Shown: positions 63,165 through 64,000 of the stretch, piece after piece | Layout of the letters: each line of letters begins with the position of its first letter | Numbering within the stretch: position 1 is the stretch's first letter | Source: the human T2T-CHM13v2.0 reference genome, Homo sapiens | Length of the DNA: 64,000 nt | Direction: 5' to 3' (one strand) | NCBI RefSeq assembly: GCF_009914755.1 | Contig: NC_060941.1 | Notes under the pieces: generated by a model | What the model was told of the DNA's origin: nothing | The model's database searches: none | What the model saw: only the letters and a program-made list of their open reading frames with translations | Translations under genes and position numbers: made by a program

Positions 63165-63560
63165 GTTCTAGTTATGGGCAGCTGGTCAACTGCACTGCAT
63201 TATCTGGCCACAGTTGTTGGCTTGGGATGGAAAAACAACCTAGGCTGGGCCACTGAGGGTCAATCTTGGGACATTTTCTGAGCTGCCATCTTTCTGTGGG
63301 TGGTGCTGGGTTGTAAACATGAGTATCTGGTCCTGTCACCAGCTATGTTTCCCCTTCATGAGAAGAGTCAGCTTCATGAGAATGAAGGAAAAACAAAGGA
63401 AAGCAGAGGAGAGAGGGAGAAAGAGAGGTTCCTGATGCCAACAGTTGAGTTGATACCTGAATCAAGGTACATCCTTGACTATTAGTTTATTTGGCTAATA
63501 ATTCACTTTTTTCCTTCTTAATGAAATTTGTGTCACAACTCAAAGACTCCTTACAAATAT
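63165..63560 (+). mobile_element. MaLR LTR (MLT1J/K-like)
   Basis: ggccacagttgttggcttgggatgg...tttgtgtcacaactcaaagactccttac. Confidence 0.6.
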
Positions 63561-63606
63561 AATGTTTGACAAAACATTATCAAGGTAAAAAAAATGATGA
63601 CTTAAT

Positions 63607-63781
63607 GACCAGGTATGGTGGCCAATGCCTGTAATCCCTGGACTTTGGGAGGCCAAGGCAGGAGGATTGCTTGAGCCCAGAAATCAGGAGTTCAAGGCTT
63701 CAGTGAGCTAGGATGGCACCACTGCACTCCAGCCTGGGCAACAGAGTGAGACTCCATCTCTCTTAAAAAAAAAAAAAAAAA
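63607..63781 (+). mobile_element. Alu monomer/truncated AluJ (FAM/FRAM-like)
   Basis: Single Alu arm with ttgagcccag and A tail. Confidence 0.85.
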
Positions 63782-64000
63782 GATGACTTACTATTTATTG
63801 TCAACCATATGCAAGTAGTAAAAAAGTAAAGACTTAATTGAAGCTCCCTGCAAAGCCTGAATGATAAATCAAGGTAGGATGAATCTTACGAAAGGAATAA
63901 CCCAACATTTTGCTTCTGTTCCTCCATGGCCCTGGGGCACTTGTAGCCTTCAGAATCCTCAAGAAGTTGGGCGATGACCTTTCAGTGGCTTCCGTCTCAG

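Overview
Human-type primate genomic DNA. An AluYa5 copy points to human. The window is CpG-depleted and roughly half interspersed repeats: about 23 Alus, several L1 families, L2/MIR, MaLR/ERV LTRs and hAT/TcMar relics. I find no intact protein-coding gene, RNA gene or CpG island, and essentially all ORFs in the supplied track derive from repeats or chance. The main result is in the unique sequence between repeats. Manual translation of the + strand shows a very old, shattered Toll-like-receptor-like pseudogene. Its parts occur in the correct order across ~11.75-34.9 kb: candidate signal peptide and LRR-NT, many LRRs, LRR-CT, one transmembrane helix and a TIR domain. It is cut apart by L2, MIR, L4, Charlie, L1 and MaLR insertions. 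Upstream on the same strand (25-3278) are equally decayed spliced exons resembling two CUB domains and possibly LDLa repeats. Also present are two templated-insertion scars, a perfect 28-bp-arm palindrome, a diverged unique 165-bp duplication and a pure (CTG)20. All domain and repeat-family calls are by eye from consensus patterns, not database searches, and repeat boundaries are approximate.
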